64,000 nt of DNA from the human T2T-CHM13v2.0 reference genome, Homo sapiens: NCBI RefSeq assembly GCF_009914755.1, contig NC_060946.1; one strand, 5' to 3'. Within the stretch, counting starts at the first letter, position 1, and every line of letters starts with the position of its first letter. The translations under genes were made by a program, and so were the position numbers. Positions 13,401 to 27,942 of the stretch are shown here, in pieces. Under the pieces are notes generated by a model, which made no database searches, was not told the DNA's origin, and saw nothing but the letters and a program-made list of their open reading frames with translations.

Positions 13401-14787
13401 GACAAGCTTTTGCAGGGTGCAAGGACAGGCAGGCTGCCTCCTTCTGGGATAAGGGTATTTATTGAGAAATATGTCCCTGATTCCCAAAATGTCCAGGTCA
13501 GGCCTTGGAGGGTGGGAGAGGGGGTTACCAAGCTGTCGCTTTGTTCCATGGGCTTGAATGAGAAGCTGCTTTCTTCGACCAGAGCTCCAAGTTGGAGAAT
13601 GAAGATGACCTCCTGCTAGGTGTTGGTGGGAGCTCAGGCCCTGTAATTGTCCCATGATATCCCCGTGCACTGATGACAACCCAATTGTCCTCACTGTGGC
13701 CTAGAATTTAGTTCTCTGCAGGAGGGGCTGTCTGCCCAGGCTGGGATGTGTGGGCGGCATCGGAAGATCACGTTGGAACAAGTGACGTGTGGTGGAATGA
13801 TGACACCGTAAGGAGGAAGTGATGCCATCAGGGAATGGTAGTATGGCTCATGAATATTCTGGGCACTTGTACCCACAGCCAGAGCCGGGCCCGGCTCCTG
13901 ATTCATCAATATTACGAATCGGCACGGTGGTGAGCAGGCTGTCAGCAACTTTAATTTTTGCTTCAAGTCCAAGGAATTACAATGGAAGTATTTCCCAGGG
14001 ACTCCCAGCGAGAACGTGGGGGCAGTGCCTTCTGCAGTCAGAGGGGGTGGAACTGGATCTTGGGAGCTCTGCGTTCAAGACCCAGGTGCCCCACACTCAA
14101 GTGCGGGGTATCCTTAGGCAAGGCCTGACCCTCCCAGGGAGAGCAAGAGCATGTGAGCACCTAGGATGTGCCGGAAACCACATTGCAGCAATTCTGCAGA
14201 GGAGAGATATTGGCCCCATTGCACAGGTGAGGAAGACCGAGGCTCAGAGCAGGGTGGGTTGTCTAGCAAAAGGGTGATGGTGCTGAGGCTGGAGCCCCGT
14301 TTGAGTTTGCAGGCATTGGTTTCCTTACCTGCCAAGTGCATGTGATGATGGCTGCCTTGGGGGTTGTTAGGAGGACAAAATGAGGGACTGAGCTTGTGGG
14401 TGCTTTGGAGGTTATCTTGAGTCCTTGGGGGAAGGGCATTCAGAATCTTGCTATCAGCATTGCTCACATCAGCTCAGCCTGCTGAGGGCTGCAGAGACTT
14501 TTTTCCATTATGTGTCATTTCATCTTCTTAATGGCAGGGTGAGGTAGGTGTGAGCATGAACATGAGGTCCATGCTATAGGAGAGGAGAGTGAAGCTTGAG
14601 AAGCAGAATGCCTTGCCCTTCCAAGGCTCCTCAGTGTAGAAGTGGCAAGGTATCATTTGAAGGTCATGGTTGAATGTGTTTAGCAAAGTAAGGAGGGTAG
14701 GTGCTAGGTACCCATTTTGCAGATTAGAAATGGGAAGTCACAGGTGGAAAGTCAAAGGACTTGCCTCTGCAGAAATTAAGATTTCTT

Positions 14788-15088
14788 CCATCATTCTCAG
14801 CAAACTATCGCAAGGACAAAAAACCAAACACTGCATGTTCTCACTCATAGGTGGGAATTGAACAATGAGAACACATGGACACAGGAAGGAGAACATCACA
14901 CACCGGGGCCTGTTGTGGGGTGGGGGGAGGGGGAAGGGATAGCATTAGGAGATATACCTAATGCTAAATGACGAGTAAATGGGTGCAGCACACCAACATG
15001 GCACATGTATACATATGTAACAAACCTGCACGTTGTGCACATGTACCCTAAAACTTAGAGTATAATAATAAAAAAAGTACAAAAAAAA
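14788..15088 (+). mobile_element. L1PA (PA3-5-like) 5'-truncated 3' end
   Basis: Near-consensus L1PA 3'UTR with G-rich tract and A-tail; 17-bp TSD AGAAATTAAGATTTCTT (14771-14787) / AGAAATTAAGGTTTCTT (15089-15105). Confidence 0.97.
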
Positions 15089-15676
15089 AGAAATTAAGGT
15101 TTCTTTAAAAGGGGGGAGGGAAAGATGACCCCCTTATCTCAGTCTTTCCCTCTTTATCTCTATTATTTAAACTAAAAATAAAGTGGGAATAATCCTCCCT
15201 TTTCCCCTCTTGTCCTTCCTCCCTGCCTTTGATGCTTTTACGAGTCAAGTGCAGAATTAGCAACAAAGGCAGACTCATGCCCACTGAGGGTAAGGGAGAG
15301 AGTCTGGTCATAAGTGGAACATTCATTAAGCTCCTACCATATGCCAGGCTGTGTAGGGAGCAGACAGGGGTGTTGACATTTGTATCAAGGAATTCATCGT
15401 CTTGAGATTTCAGGGTGTTGTTACCCAGAGCAACCTTGAAAATGTCTCTCTTACTTGACAGAGAGGAAAATTCCAACCCAGAAGGGTTACACAATTTCCT
15501 CACAGCCTCCAAACCACTATCTGTCATACAAAAACAAAACAAAACAAAAAAAACAGTAGTGCAGTAATGAAGTGAGTAGACTCAGAAATGGGATTGGCAG
15601 GACTAAATCTGGGCTATTACCGCTTATTAGCTGTGTGACACTAGGCTAGTTGCTTTACTTCTCTGGGCATCAGCGC

Positions 15677-15760
15677 TTTCCAGTAGCAACTGGGGCTAAT
15701 TGTTGTCAGCAACGGGAGTTTCCAGCAGCAACTGGGAGTAAGTTTTGTTAGCAATGGGAA
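15677..15760. repeat. Two-copy 42-bp tandem duplication
   Basis: TTTCCAGTAGCAACTGGGG..CAGCAACGGGAG followed by TTTCCAGCAGCAACTGGGA..TAGCAATGGGAA. Confidence 0.8.
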
Positions 15761-16245
15761 GGTGATTCTGGAATGCCTAATTCTGATCTGCCATTTATCT
15801 CCCCATCCCTGCAGGGTTTGGGGCTGACAAAGGTTCGATGCCTGACAAATAACAATCAAATGAGGAAGAAAGTATTCTTTATTCTTCAGCTCCAGGTTCA
15901 AGTGAGGTTTCTGATTTCCCAGTGTAAATATAAATCTTGGGACCTGTGTGCTCAGGATTGCCTGTAGGGAGAGAAGGATGGCCAGATCCTGCGAGGGGTC
16001 CTAAATGCGTGTACCCTACCAGGTATATCAAGCAAATAAAGACCAGTGGGGATGGCCAGAGATTCCCCAGGGATAAAACTCTGCTTAGAGAGAATCAGGC
16101 AAGAGGGTGCCCATTTTGTGGTACAGTAACCCTGTGCATAACTGAAATGTGGCACAATATGTATTATATATATATATTTTATAGTGACCAAATAAGGATC
16201 TCAGTTTATTTTTCTCTGGTTGAGGGCTGGAAAAAATGGTTACTA

Positions 16246-16720
<475 letters not shown>

Positions 16721-16777
16721 TTACCAGCCCAGCCCACCCTTAACCTCTAAATGAAATTAGAAGCCATGTGTTCTGAC

Positions 16778-17230
16778 TGTCTGTATTCATAAGGATGCAT
16801 AAGGAAAACAGAAACCCCTCTAGGTATTTCAATCAGGAAGAGATTTAATACAGGGAATGCAACGCTGCAGCATTTAGGATAGCAGGGTGTGCAGGGATTC
16901 CTGCAGAGCACTACTACTGAGGTCCTCAGCTGCCTACAGCACCAATGTGGGTTACTTAAGAGAAAATGTCCAGAAGATGCTGGAAAACACCATATGTCTG
17001 CTTTCTGCGAAAGTCCCGCTGCTAGTAGAACAATAATGCTTTCTTATTCTCTCCTGTCTTCCAGGTCTCACATGAGTACTTCACAATGGGGAAACTGAAC
17101 TGGAACTCTACTGACAACGCAGTTGGGCAAGTATAGTTTCCAGGCTCTATCTAGCCTCATGATACAGGGGAGTATGTGGCAGGAAGCAGCAATGGCACTG
17201 AGATGCCAACAGTCCAGCTCCCTGTGCAGG
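16778..17230. mobile_element. Ancient ERV LTR remnant (LTR78/79-like)
   Basis: GGAAAACAGAAACCCCTCTAGGTATTTCAATCAGGAAGAGATTTAATACAGGGAAT resembles that family; boundaries uncertain. Confidence 0.45.
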
Positions 17231-17447
17231 GTCACCCCACCTCCCCAGAGGTTTTCTAACTGTGCTTGGGGTCCCCAAGGAATGTAAGGAACTACAAGAG
17301 GCCAACAATGAGGTGCACAGAATTTCATGTTCACTTCCTACTTTCAACATGATCAGCTCAACCCATTGTACTTATTGGATTTTATTTGAAAAAAATTTCA
17401 CACACAAAGTTTGACTGTCATTAGATCACAGCACACTGGCTGAAGAG

Positions 17448-17906
17448 TGTTAAAGAAAAAATTATTCTGACATATGTGAAAACAGGAAGACTTTATTTAG
17501 GACTATCTTGTTGGGTATCAAGATGATTGCAATAGGCGAGAGAGATCAGGTTCAACTTCAAATGCAACAACTGAAGATATATGATCAAGGGTGGCGGGTT
17601 AGGGAAAGGGTAAGTGGATGGAAAATTACTAAGAGGGGAGATCAAATGGAGGAATTCTTGCCGAAGACAGGCCAAGGTGAACAGATATCACCTGGGGGAC
17701 AGTGGAAAGATGAGGGATTTGACCAGATATGAATGATGAGCAGACAGCGGGGTGGGGGATGGTTCTCCCTAAACCAACTTAGCAGGATTCTTACTACAAC
17801 TGGGCTATGTAGGCTCAGCAAAGGCAGGTGCCAGGGTCAAGGCTTAGCCAAGAAGAGGGTTCAGAGGGGCCTGACTGGAGCTTGGTTAAGGAGAGAATCT
17901 TTGTCA
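17448..17906 (-). mobile_element. MER31 ERV1 solo LTR
   Basis: TGTTAAAGAAAAAATTATTC..GAGAATCTTTGTCA termini; TSD AGAG/AGGG. Confidence 0.85.
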
Positions 17907-18877
17907 AGGGACAAGTGTAGCTTCATAAAAGGACAACATGGATTCCCCAGTCGGTTTATATGAACCAAAGGGAGGCACAGACCATCTTGCCTTGTCTTCT
18001 CCATCATTTAGGATCCCAAGCACAAATCTTGCTTCTCTTCCAGCTTGCAGTCCTCATGCAAATAGATGCCCGAGGGTAGAGCAGGCCTAACATGCCAAAT
18101 TTCCACTCTTAGGCTCTGCTGAGATCTACAGTCCTGTGGGATTTCTTTTTTTTAAATGATTCTATGGTTTTTAGTATTCTTTGATTCTTTAGCACTATAT
18201 CCTCAACTTCTATAGCTCTTCGATTTTGCATTTCTTTGATTCTGAGATATGATTATCTGGGGACATGGACTCTCTGGCTCAATTATTTCAAGAAATAATC
18301 TTTATTCTTTTTTCTGGATTAATGTTTGATTAATGTGTCTAAGCTCCTCCTGTGAGACAATGGTTCATACCAGGGTGGGACATCAGCAGGAGCAAGGGGG
18401 ATGATGGGGGTGCCGCTGACTAAAAAGGTCTCATATATTGGCTGTGTCCAAGGTCAAAACCAAAACCCGAGCAACCACACCTGGTATCAGGCATTAGGGG
18501 TCAGTATGTGACCAGGAGAGCGAGAGGGTGCCAGGTGATTAAAAGTCGGTGTATGGAGGATGGAGTGGGAGATGAAGGGCAATAAATGAAAATGAAGCAA
18601 ACATCATATGTTTGATATGGTGAAAAGGATGCTAAAATTCCTCCCATTGAGTTTGGGCAAATCCTATGGTTCTCTGTGATAAGCCCTTTCTATCCCCTTT
18701 CCCTACCAAATCTTCCTGCTACATTACACTCTGCTCCCTACCAGGGAGCTAAATAGCAACCTGTGTATTTCATCTAGGTCGGTTACTTAACAATCCTAAG
18801 GAAACTATTTGAATTTAAATGACTGCCTTCTAGACACAACACAACAATGATAGCAATAAAAATAATGACTTGTAAAT

Positions 18878-19255
18878 TAGTCAGCATCAGCTGGGCTGCT
18901 GTAACAAACAACCCCAAATCTCATAAACAAACGTTAGTTTTCACCCCTCTAAAGTCCACTGTGGGCCTAGGCAGCTATGGTCCATGTGGTGACTCAGTGA
19001 TCCAGGCTTTTAAAATTGTGTGCTTCTGCACTGCAATTTGAGGACGCCTCATTTGCTGTGTCAGGGGAGGAGAGAGATTGGAAAACCTCATGGGGACTGT
19101 ACACTTCCTTGGCCTGAAGCGATGCTCATCACTTCCATTCACAAAGCCAGTCATATGCCCCTTTAGCTGGAAGAGGGTAGGGAAAGCTAGTTTTCTGTGC
19201 ATCCAGGAAGGATGAATATAAAACAGCATTTAGTGAACACGTAATTTTCTCTGTG
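18878..19255 (-). mobile_element. Old MLT1 (J/K-like) LTR
   Basis: GCTGCTGTAACAAACAACCCCAAATCTC start; GGAAGAGGGTAGGGAAAGCTAG..TAGTGAACA end. Confidence 0.7.
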
Positions 19256-20849
19256 TTGCAACGACCACTTCTTTTTAAATAGGTACCACAAGACAATTAC
19301 TCTGCAGCGATTTATTTAAATCATCTCAAAGATCCTTACAGGTGAGGAAACTGAGGCTTGGAGAAGTTGAATGACTTGCCTAAAGTCACACATATAATGG
19401 TAGATCCAGAATTAGAAGCCGTGGTTCTGTTTCACCATAACCTGTGCCCCTCACTGTTCAGATGATGGATCCTCAGACTCCGGGGGAGCTGTGGGGTAAC
19501 TCCCTCCACCCTTCAGCTACAGCCTGGAAACCATTGCCTTTTCTGCTCATTGCAGCCAGGCCTGGATCCATGTGAGGAAACACACCTGCTGCCTCGGGAA
19601 TCCCATACCAGTGATGTGACACTCACAAAAGGCGATCAATGGTTCCTGACAATTTTTTCTTTTCATTTAGGCAAAAAATATGGAAAGCATATTTGATCTT
19701 TGATTTTCTTCCATTTCCCATCTGTTCTTTATTAGGAGTTCAAACTTAATAACCTTCCAGAGTTGGTATCACATTCAGACGCTGACGCTCCTTGGAGAGG
19801 TTCTTTGCTGCAAGAGGATGGAAAGGATCACTGTGATTTTGTTTTTCTCCTGCTGCTCTGTCTGTAAGTCCATCTGTTTCTCTTGCCCTCTGTCTCGAAT
19901 CCTTCCCACTCAAAAGGTCAACCTTACTTGTGGGTGAAGCAGGAGATGACCTGGTGTATAATTTCAGGGGTGTTGAATTGATCTTGTGTCCCTTCAGGTT
20001 CTCTCCCATGTGTGACTTGTGCATAAAATCCCACCATTCAAGGGTCTTCTCTTTAGCTTGTAAATCCTCTTAAGTTACCCAAGAAGGTGCCTTTTCAGTG
20101 ATTAGGAAAAAATCTTAAGCAGATTTCAGAGGGGAAAAGAAGTCAGAGAAGAAATAGCACAGTTGGAGCAAAAGCGCTGACTTGGGTCAGAAAACCTGGA
20201 GTTGAGGTTTTCTGAAAAGCCACCCACGTGGAATATGGGTTTAGCAAGTCACTCACCCTCTCTGACTCTGTTTCTTCAGTTATAAAATGGGGATGTTTTA
20301 GATACCCCAGGACAGGGTCACAGTGGAAATGAACAGAGATCATGAAGACAACTTATATTCACCAACTGTTTTTGCAGCGTGGCAGAAAAATATTCTGGAA
20401 TATTAACTAAGGTCTTGTTGTATGTGTGTGTTTTTTAAATTCCATGCAATAATTTATGTCCTGTGACCAGTGTCCTCCTTCAGGCAGCAGCCGACAGACC
20501 ATGCGGCATTTATTGCCTCAGGGAAAGAATGACACAGCACAAAGCAGTTAGAGACCAAGTCAAATTCTTGGCTTTCGAATTTGAAAAGCCAGCCAAGGTC
20601 TGGGCAGATGACAAAAGATATGGAAGGATGCAAAAGTGAAGCCTCCCTGTTTCCAAGAACAGAAAAGACTCTCTGAGTTGCAGAACAGACACTGATGCAT
20701 CCTTTGAAAGAGCATAAGGGGCTTAAAGTGAGGAGTGAAGGAGGGTGTTTGCAACGTACCCAAGGTCAGACATGAGCAAGAACATCTCAGCAGAAGCCAG
20801 TGGGATAAATACACCATCAAGAACCAGATGAACCCTATTCCTGACACCC

Positions 20850-21678
<829 letters not shown>

Positions 21679-22550
21679 ACTGATAAACAATCAAGTCGGC
21701 ATACTGCAATCCCCCCAGAATTTGGACATAGCCCTGGAGAAAGTGGGTAGGCGTCCCTAAATGAACTATGATTCTATTTTTGCCACCTGGAAGAACACAG
21801 GCTGTAATAGAAATTATACTCAGTTACAGAACAGTAAAGTTAAATTTCTAGATTGCCTGAGTTTCTAGACTAGCTGAAATATTACAACTCATTTCAAGGA
21901 GCTTCCAAATATATTTTCAGAGCTCTGGAAGTCTGGGGAACACAGGACAAGAGCCACTAGATTTTGGGAACAAGAGTGCTCTTCTCCCCAAGTGGGCAAA
22001 AAGGGAGCCGGAAGATATACGCTTCTCCAATTTCAGAATTTGGGGGGACCACTCAGCTTGTGCCTGTACCTTCTCCGGGCTCCCTTTTGTTCCTCATTGC
22101 ACCCCCTTCTGTGAGCATGCACAAACTCAGCTTGATGCCCAAGCCCTTCAATTTGTCTTGTTAGAAAACCCTGTGTTAAAGAGACCATTAAAACAAGAGG
22201 GAAAGATAAATTGCCTGAAGCTGCAAGACTCAGGAGGCAAGGGAGAGCAGGTGATGGAAAACAGGCCTGTGATTAGAGGGCAGGGGGTGGCACAGGAGCC
22301 AGAGCAGGCAAAAACATCCACTGGAGATGTCAAAATATTTGAAAATCCTCTTCCTTTGGTGAATTGAGTTACCAAAATGTATTTTTTTTTTTTTTTTTGC
22401 ATGCGGAGAAGAGTCTGAGATAGAGGTTAAGAATATAGTTTCCAGAGTGAGGCAGAACTAGGCTCTGTCCCTTCCCAGCTGCTGTCAGACCTCAGGCAAA
22501 TCTCTGAACCTCTCTGACCCTCGGTTTCCTCATCTAGCAAGAGGGGACAA

Positions 22551-23056
22551 TGTAAGCCTGTAAAAAATGGCCCGAAGTCTTCACCTTTCTTTGTGTATGT
22601 GTCTTTTGCAATGTGACTTTCTAGCTCTTCCTGTGATGAGACGGAGTCCATTTCCCCACCCCTTGATGCTGGGATGGTCTCGTGACTTATTTTGGCCATA
22701 AAATGGGGCAGAAGTGATAATACATCAGTCTTGAGCCTAGGTCTCAGGAGGCCTTGTGCACTCTGTTCTCTCTGACCCTGTGATTCCCCATAGGGAGAGC
22801 TCAAACTGGCCTGTTGGAAGATGACAGGCCATATGCAACAGACGTGAAGTGTCCCAGCTGATCCCCTTCCAGAACACCCACCTTCCAGATGACCACAGAT
22901 GCAAGGGTGAGCCAGCCAATAGCTGCTGAGACATTCCCAGAAAGACAGAACATCCAGCTGACCCATGGACTCATGGGCGATCATGGATAAATGGATATTG
23001 TTTCAAGCTACTAGGTTTGGGGTTGGTTTGTTACGCAGCAATAGCTAACAGCTACA
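22551..23056 (+). mobile_element. MLT1G/H-like LTR inserted in a MIR
   Basis: TTGCAATGTGACTTT..GAGCCTAGGTCTCAGGAGGCC..TTGTTACGCAGCAATAGCTAACAGCTACA. Confidence 0.82.
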
Positions 23057-23486
23057 CCTCTATTTTAAGGAGTTGTGAAGATAAATTGCAAAGGTACAGA
23101 AAAATGAATAGCTATAACAGCTACTAGTGATTGAGTGCTGGCTCTGCCTGGTACTGTGCTCAGGATTGGCATGCATTATCTCAAAGAGTTGCACAGGCTA
23201 GAAGGGCTGCAGCTGAAGATTCTAGAAGAGTTCAGGTATAATGCCTGGCACATGGTACCTGTTTCATGTATGCTAGTTGTTGGATGCTGCTGATGCTGGC
23301 AGCACGTGGAACTCCTGACACATGCCTCTGATTTGGTAGTGGGGTCTGAACTTTGTAATCTGTGTGTCCAGAGACCTTGGGAAGTCTTCAGCCAAGGGCA
23401 GACCAGGAGGTAGCTTTTGTGATCTGAGTGCAGAGAAGTTTCTTAGAGTGAATGGCATCCAGATAGGGTGGGGAAAAAGCATTAGC

Positions 23487-23660
23487 CAGGGTGCTCCACA
23501 CACTCCCCTCACTAGTGTGGTCCCTGGACCAGCAGCCTCAGCCTCCCCTGGGCCCTTATTAGAAATGCAGAATCTCAGGTCCTACCCCTGCTTACTGAAT
23601 CAGTAAGAGCATTTTAACAAGATCCCCAGGGGATTTGTGTGCATGTTAGAGTTTGTCCAG
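23487..23660 (+). mobile_element. MER5A hAT MITE
   Basis: GTGTGGTCCCTGGACCAGCAGC..TTAGAAATGCAGAATCTCAGG..TTTTAACAAGATCCCCAGG. Confidence 0.85.
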
Positions 23661-23662
23661 AA

Positions 23663-23980
23663 CACTCTTCTCAAGCTATCTGTGCTGAGACACCAGTATT
23701 TTTTTCAAATTCCAATTTATTGCAGAATGACAGTTTTAAAAAATGCAGTAAAAAAGCAAATTCCTAGAAAAATTAAATGAAAAATAAAATATACAAAATC
23801 TAAGCCCTTTTTTCATTATTATATTCAATGATACAAAATTGCCATCTGCCAAATTGCTACAAAACTTTCTGAATACTTTTCTTTCTCTGTACGTATTCTT
23901 TGTGGGTACCTTACTGTGGACAGGTAACAAACGACTTGCCATGTGGCATGGGCTATGGACTGCCCGACAAGTAGCACCAT
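23663..23980 (-). mobile_element. hAT-Charlie non-autonomous element (Charlie4a-like)
   Basis: CTTCTCAAGCTATCTGTG..CAAATTGCTACAAAACTTTCT..GGTAACAAAC..AGTAGCAC. Confidence 0.6.
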
Positions 23981-25227
23981 CTTAGAGTTACCAATGATAA
24001 TGATACTAATACAATATGACCACACATGATTGTGTGCTTGATATCAGCTCATAATAAGGGCTTACAAGCTTAAATACCTGGAAATCCTCTCAGCAAACTG
24101 TGGGGCAACTAATGTATTTATCTCCATTTTGTAGATTAGGTCATCGAGGCCCAGAGAGGTTAAGCAACTTGCCCATGGTCACACAGCATACAAGTGGAGC
24201 ACCCTGAGCCCACCTGTTTGACCACTACAAGGCAGAGGGAGGGAGAGGAAGGCACCACCAGTGAGAGGCACAAGGACATTGTCCATTGTCTCTTGTACCC
24301 TGTGTGAGTGACAGCTGTCAAAAAACCAGGTGTGGGGCCCTGGCTGTCTCTGTAACCGCATTGCAGTGGAGGCTGGAGCCCAGCAAACTCTTTACCAGCC
24401 CCAGGCTAGGGCTAGGAGGATCACCCTCGCACCTCACTCTTTGGTGCAGCCTGCAGGAAAGGAAGCCCTCTGTGAAGTGTATCACCCCAGCCTGCCGCGT
24501 TGCCAGAGGTGAGGGGAAAAGGGCGCCTGCCGATCGCCTTCTCCCTCTTGCTATCTCTTTTTCCTGAAGTCATAGGAGCCAGGCAGGAGGCTGGGGGTCT
24601 GGCAGGCTGGGTGATAGCTAGTTATCGACAGGTTGATGGCTGCCCCAGAAGACTGCCCGAGGACATCAAGGCGGAAGCCACTTCTGAGGCCCGCTGCTCC
24701 CAGAGAGCCGGCTGCCGGCATCTCTGCCCAGGGCTTGGCGCTTCCCCTCACCATCTCATTAATCCTGATTCACAGAAAAAGGCAGCAGGCAGGGGCCCTC
24801 TTAACAGGCCGAGCGGGCGACTGATTTGCCTTCACTGAAGACAATAGTGCCCAGGAGACCCGGCATTGCTGAATTATTCAAATCAGCCGTGGCAGGGAAA
24901 TCTGAGGACACAGAGTGGCTGACATCCCCCGGCCCTTGCAAGCTGCCCTCCTTCCCTGCCCTGGGGTGCTGGTACCTGGCAGCCTGGGGTGGCCAGCACA
25001 GATCCCCTTGCCAGAGATGAGGGCTGCTCCCGACCTTCCCTCCTCCGTGGATGGAAGTTGAAATTGGTGTTGATCATCTCTAAGCACCTTGGAGCTCTAG
25101 TAATGGATCCAAAATGACATTTCCCACCTGCTGATCCCTGGAGGGACATTCTGACAAGGACTTCTGGATGAACAAGTGATGGGGCATGGGAAGATGAAGG
25201 CAGCAGGAGATGGCTGTTCTGCCAAGG

Positions 25228-25254
25228 TGTGTGTGTGTGTGCGTGTGTGTGTGC
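25228..25254. repeat. Short imperfect (TG)n
   Basis: TGTGTGTGTGTGTGCGTGTGTGTGTGC. Confidence 0.9.
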
Positions 25255-27751
25255 ATGATTCAAAAAAAGCAGAGGATATCGGTTGAACCCTGGCTTGGCC
25301 AACCTTAGTTTTCTGCTCCTAGAAAAGAAACACAATGAATAGGCAGGTATCCCTGGCAAATGTGGAGATTCAGGAGCAAAACCACCCAGAGTCGGTGCTG
25401 ACGCTGGGTGAAGACAGAGCAAACAGAAGTTTGAGAGGTCACGTGCAACAGACGTGAGCCCAGCATGGTGGTCTCCCAGTGGGGAGGGAGTCTTGGAGAG
25501 TATGAAGGGTAAACTGAGACCCAGAGAGGGGCAGGGACTTGCCCAAAGTTGTTAAGCAGTTTGTGGCCAAAATGGAATGAAAAGCCATGGTGTTCAGCTT
25601 GCAGTTGGAGGCTCTCTTTGTTAATAATACCTATCCCTGCCCAAGCACAGACACCTGAAGGCTTTTTAATATATTTCATTGCTAACTGTATGATAATCTC
25701 ATGAGGCTGATACAACTAATATTCCCATTCTACTAATGAGGAAATTGAGGCTTGCAGAGATTCAGCCACTGGACAGGGTAGAAAGTGACAATCTGGGATT
25801 GGAAAGGTGGTCTGTCTTATGCTGAACCCTTAATTGCTGTGACTCAGTGGGAGGTCAGAGGCACCAGGACTCCAGATCGCTCCAAAACATCCCTCCTGGC
25901 CAAGGCTATAGTGTCAGCATGACCTCAGTTTGTGATGGCTTCCTGGGGGTAAGCATTGCCACTTACTTGTGTCCTCCATGGGAAGGAGCACACAGAGTTT
26001 TAGCCCTTCGCAGAAAGACTGACTTCAAAGCACCCTCAGCCATCCCAGGCATCTGAAAGGAGACCCCTGAGGAGGGGACCTCGAATGTTGGAAGGAAATT
26101 TATGAATGAAGAGGTTCGGAATCTCTGGGCACAAGATCCACCTCTTTGGGGGAAGCCAGTGGCGTCTTCTGTGTAAAGCTGCCATTGGCAGGACAACTTT
26201 CTCTAGGAGAGGCAGAAGCTGGGGGTGGTGGTGGGGTTAAACCAACCTTGCACATTGGTGGGAGGGGGCATGGGGTCAGTGTGTGAATAACAGCCTCTGC
26301 TTTTCTGCATCAGCCAAACAACAATAGAGTAGGAATGGCAACCTGTATTGAGGGTTCACCATGTGCTAAGCCCTTTCTTTATGTGTAGAAGCTCATTTAA
26401 TCCTCAAGACCATTTTATGGGGTCAGTATCTATGAGGTCAGCATCGTTATGTCCTTTTTGCAAAGGAAGAAAATGAGACGCAGAAAAGAAGACATTTAAG
26501 CCATTTACCCAGGACGCTGCTGCTGGGGTGAGTGTAAAGGAGCTGGGATTTGAAATCCAGGCTTCATAAACCACGTGGCCTCTAGGATATTGTGGCTAGG
26601 ATTCCCTTCTCTGTTCAACTTGAAGTCCCTCTCGGCAGAGTGGTGTCCTTTTTCTCTGCCCATAGTGGCCCATTCCCGGGGTTGTGATCCATGCACGGGC
26701 ATCCCCAGAAGGAGGCTTAGAAGCTCCTTGAAGCAGCTTAAATGCACCTTTGCCGTTGTGCCTCTACATGCCCTCTTCCTTTTCTGAGAACAACCAACTT
26801 CCTCAGGCCTTCGAATCATCTCTCATTTGGAATAATCACTGTCTGAATGGACGAGGTCTCCAGCATTTGTGTGGTGCGGCGCGGGCCTCCCAAGATCCTC
26901 CCTGCAGAAAAACGAAACGAAGAGAGATTTATCTCCTGGGTCAGATAAAGGTGACTAAATGCAAACTGGCCGATTCCTTTCGGCAAACAGTTCCCTGGGG
27001 AGGGCTCCTACAAGGAGGAGAAGAGCCAATCGATCCCGGAAATGCTTCGAGGTGACTTACAGGGAAGACTTAAAGGAAAAAGCCCTCGTGTCTTTACAGC
27101 CTCCGGCGACTCTTTCAGCCTTGTAAAACTGCCCGTACCAGCCCATAGAGCGAGGAAGGAGGGGGTCGGGGGAGCTTCTTCCTTACCATTGCTGCAAAGG
27201 TGGAACTCTGCAAAATTTGACCTCTGAGATCTCTAGCTGAGTCCTTCATTCATCTGTCAAGCATCTATTGAGTGCCTACTGTGTGCCTGCTGTGCACTTC
27301 GTATGCTCTATCCTGCTGAGTCCTCCAGATGACACCATTATTACCCCCATTTTCTAGCAGAGAAACTGAGGGTATCTGAAGGGAGGCAAACGTTTCTGGA
27401 GTCCTAAAGCAAGCAAGAGGGTAGGTCCTGAGATACGGATTTGCATTCACCAGCCTCCCTGGTTTGGTTTCCTTCCTGCATCACTCCCTCTGTCATCAGA
27501 TCTGGTTCTCACCCAGCTTCATCTCCAAGTCTGGCTCAGGCTTGTTCTTCTCTATCTCTCTTCCTTTCTCCTTTCTGCTCTTAGACTCATAAGAAACCTT
27601 CCTTATAATCTGAGGAAACAGCCTGTGCATCTTGGAGACTGAGTTTCTTTTGGGATCCCCAGGTTCACACCAGCCTTTTCTCCCATAGTCATCCCGCCCT
27701 CATTTCATTAAGGTACCAGTAGCACCAGCTGGGAAGGGTAACTTGGCTTGC

Positions 27752-27942
27752 GGTCTGCAAACTTATTCTGGCCCTGCAAAAGGCCAAATAGTAAATACTT
27801 TAAGTTTTGTGGTGCATTGCGCTATTGGGGTGCCAAGACAATATGTAAATGAATGGGCATAGCTGTGTTCCAATAAAACTTTATTTACAAACACAGGTGG
27901 TTGGCGAGATTTGGCCCATAGGTTGTCATTTGTTGATCCTTG
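27752..27942 (+). mobile_element. MER58A hAT MITE
   Basis: GGCCAAATAGTAAATACTTT..GCTGTGTTCCAATAAAACTTTATTTACAAA. Confidence 0.87.

Noticed and set aside
22427-22984. Longest ORF (185 aa)
   Set aside because: Lies within an MLT1 LTR and a MIR; no protein similarity recognised.
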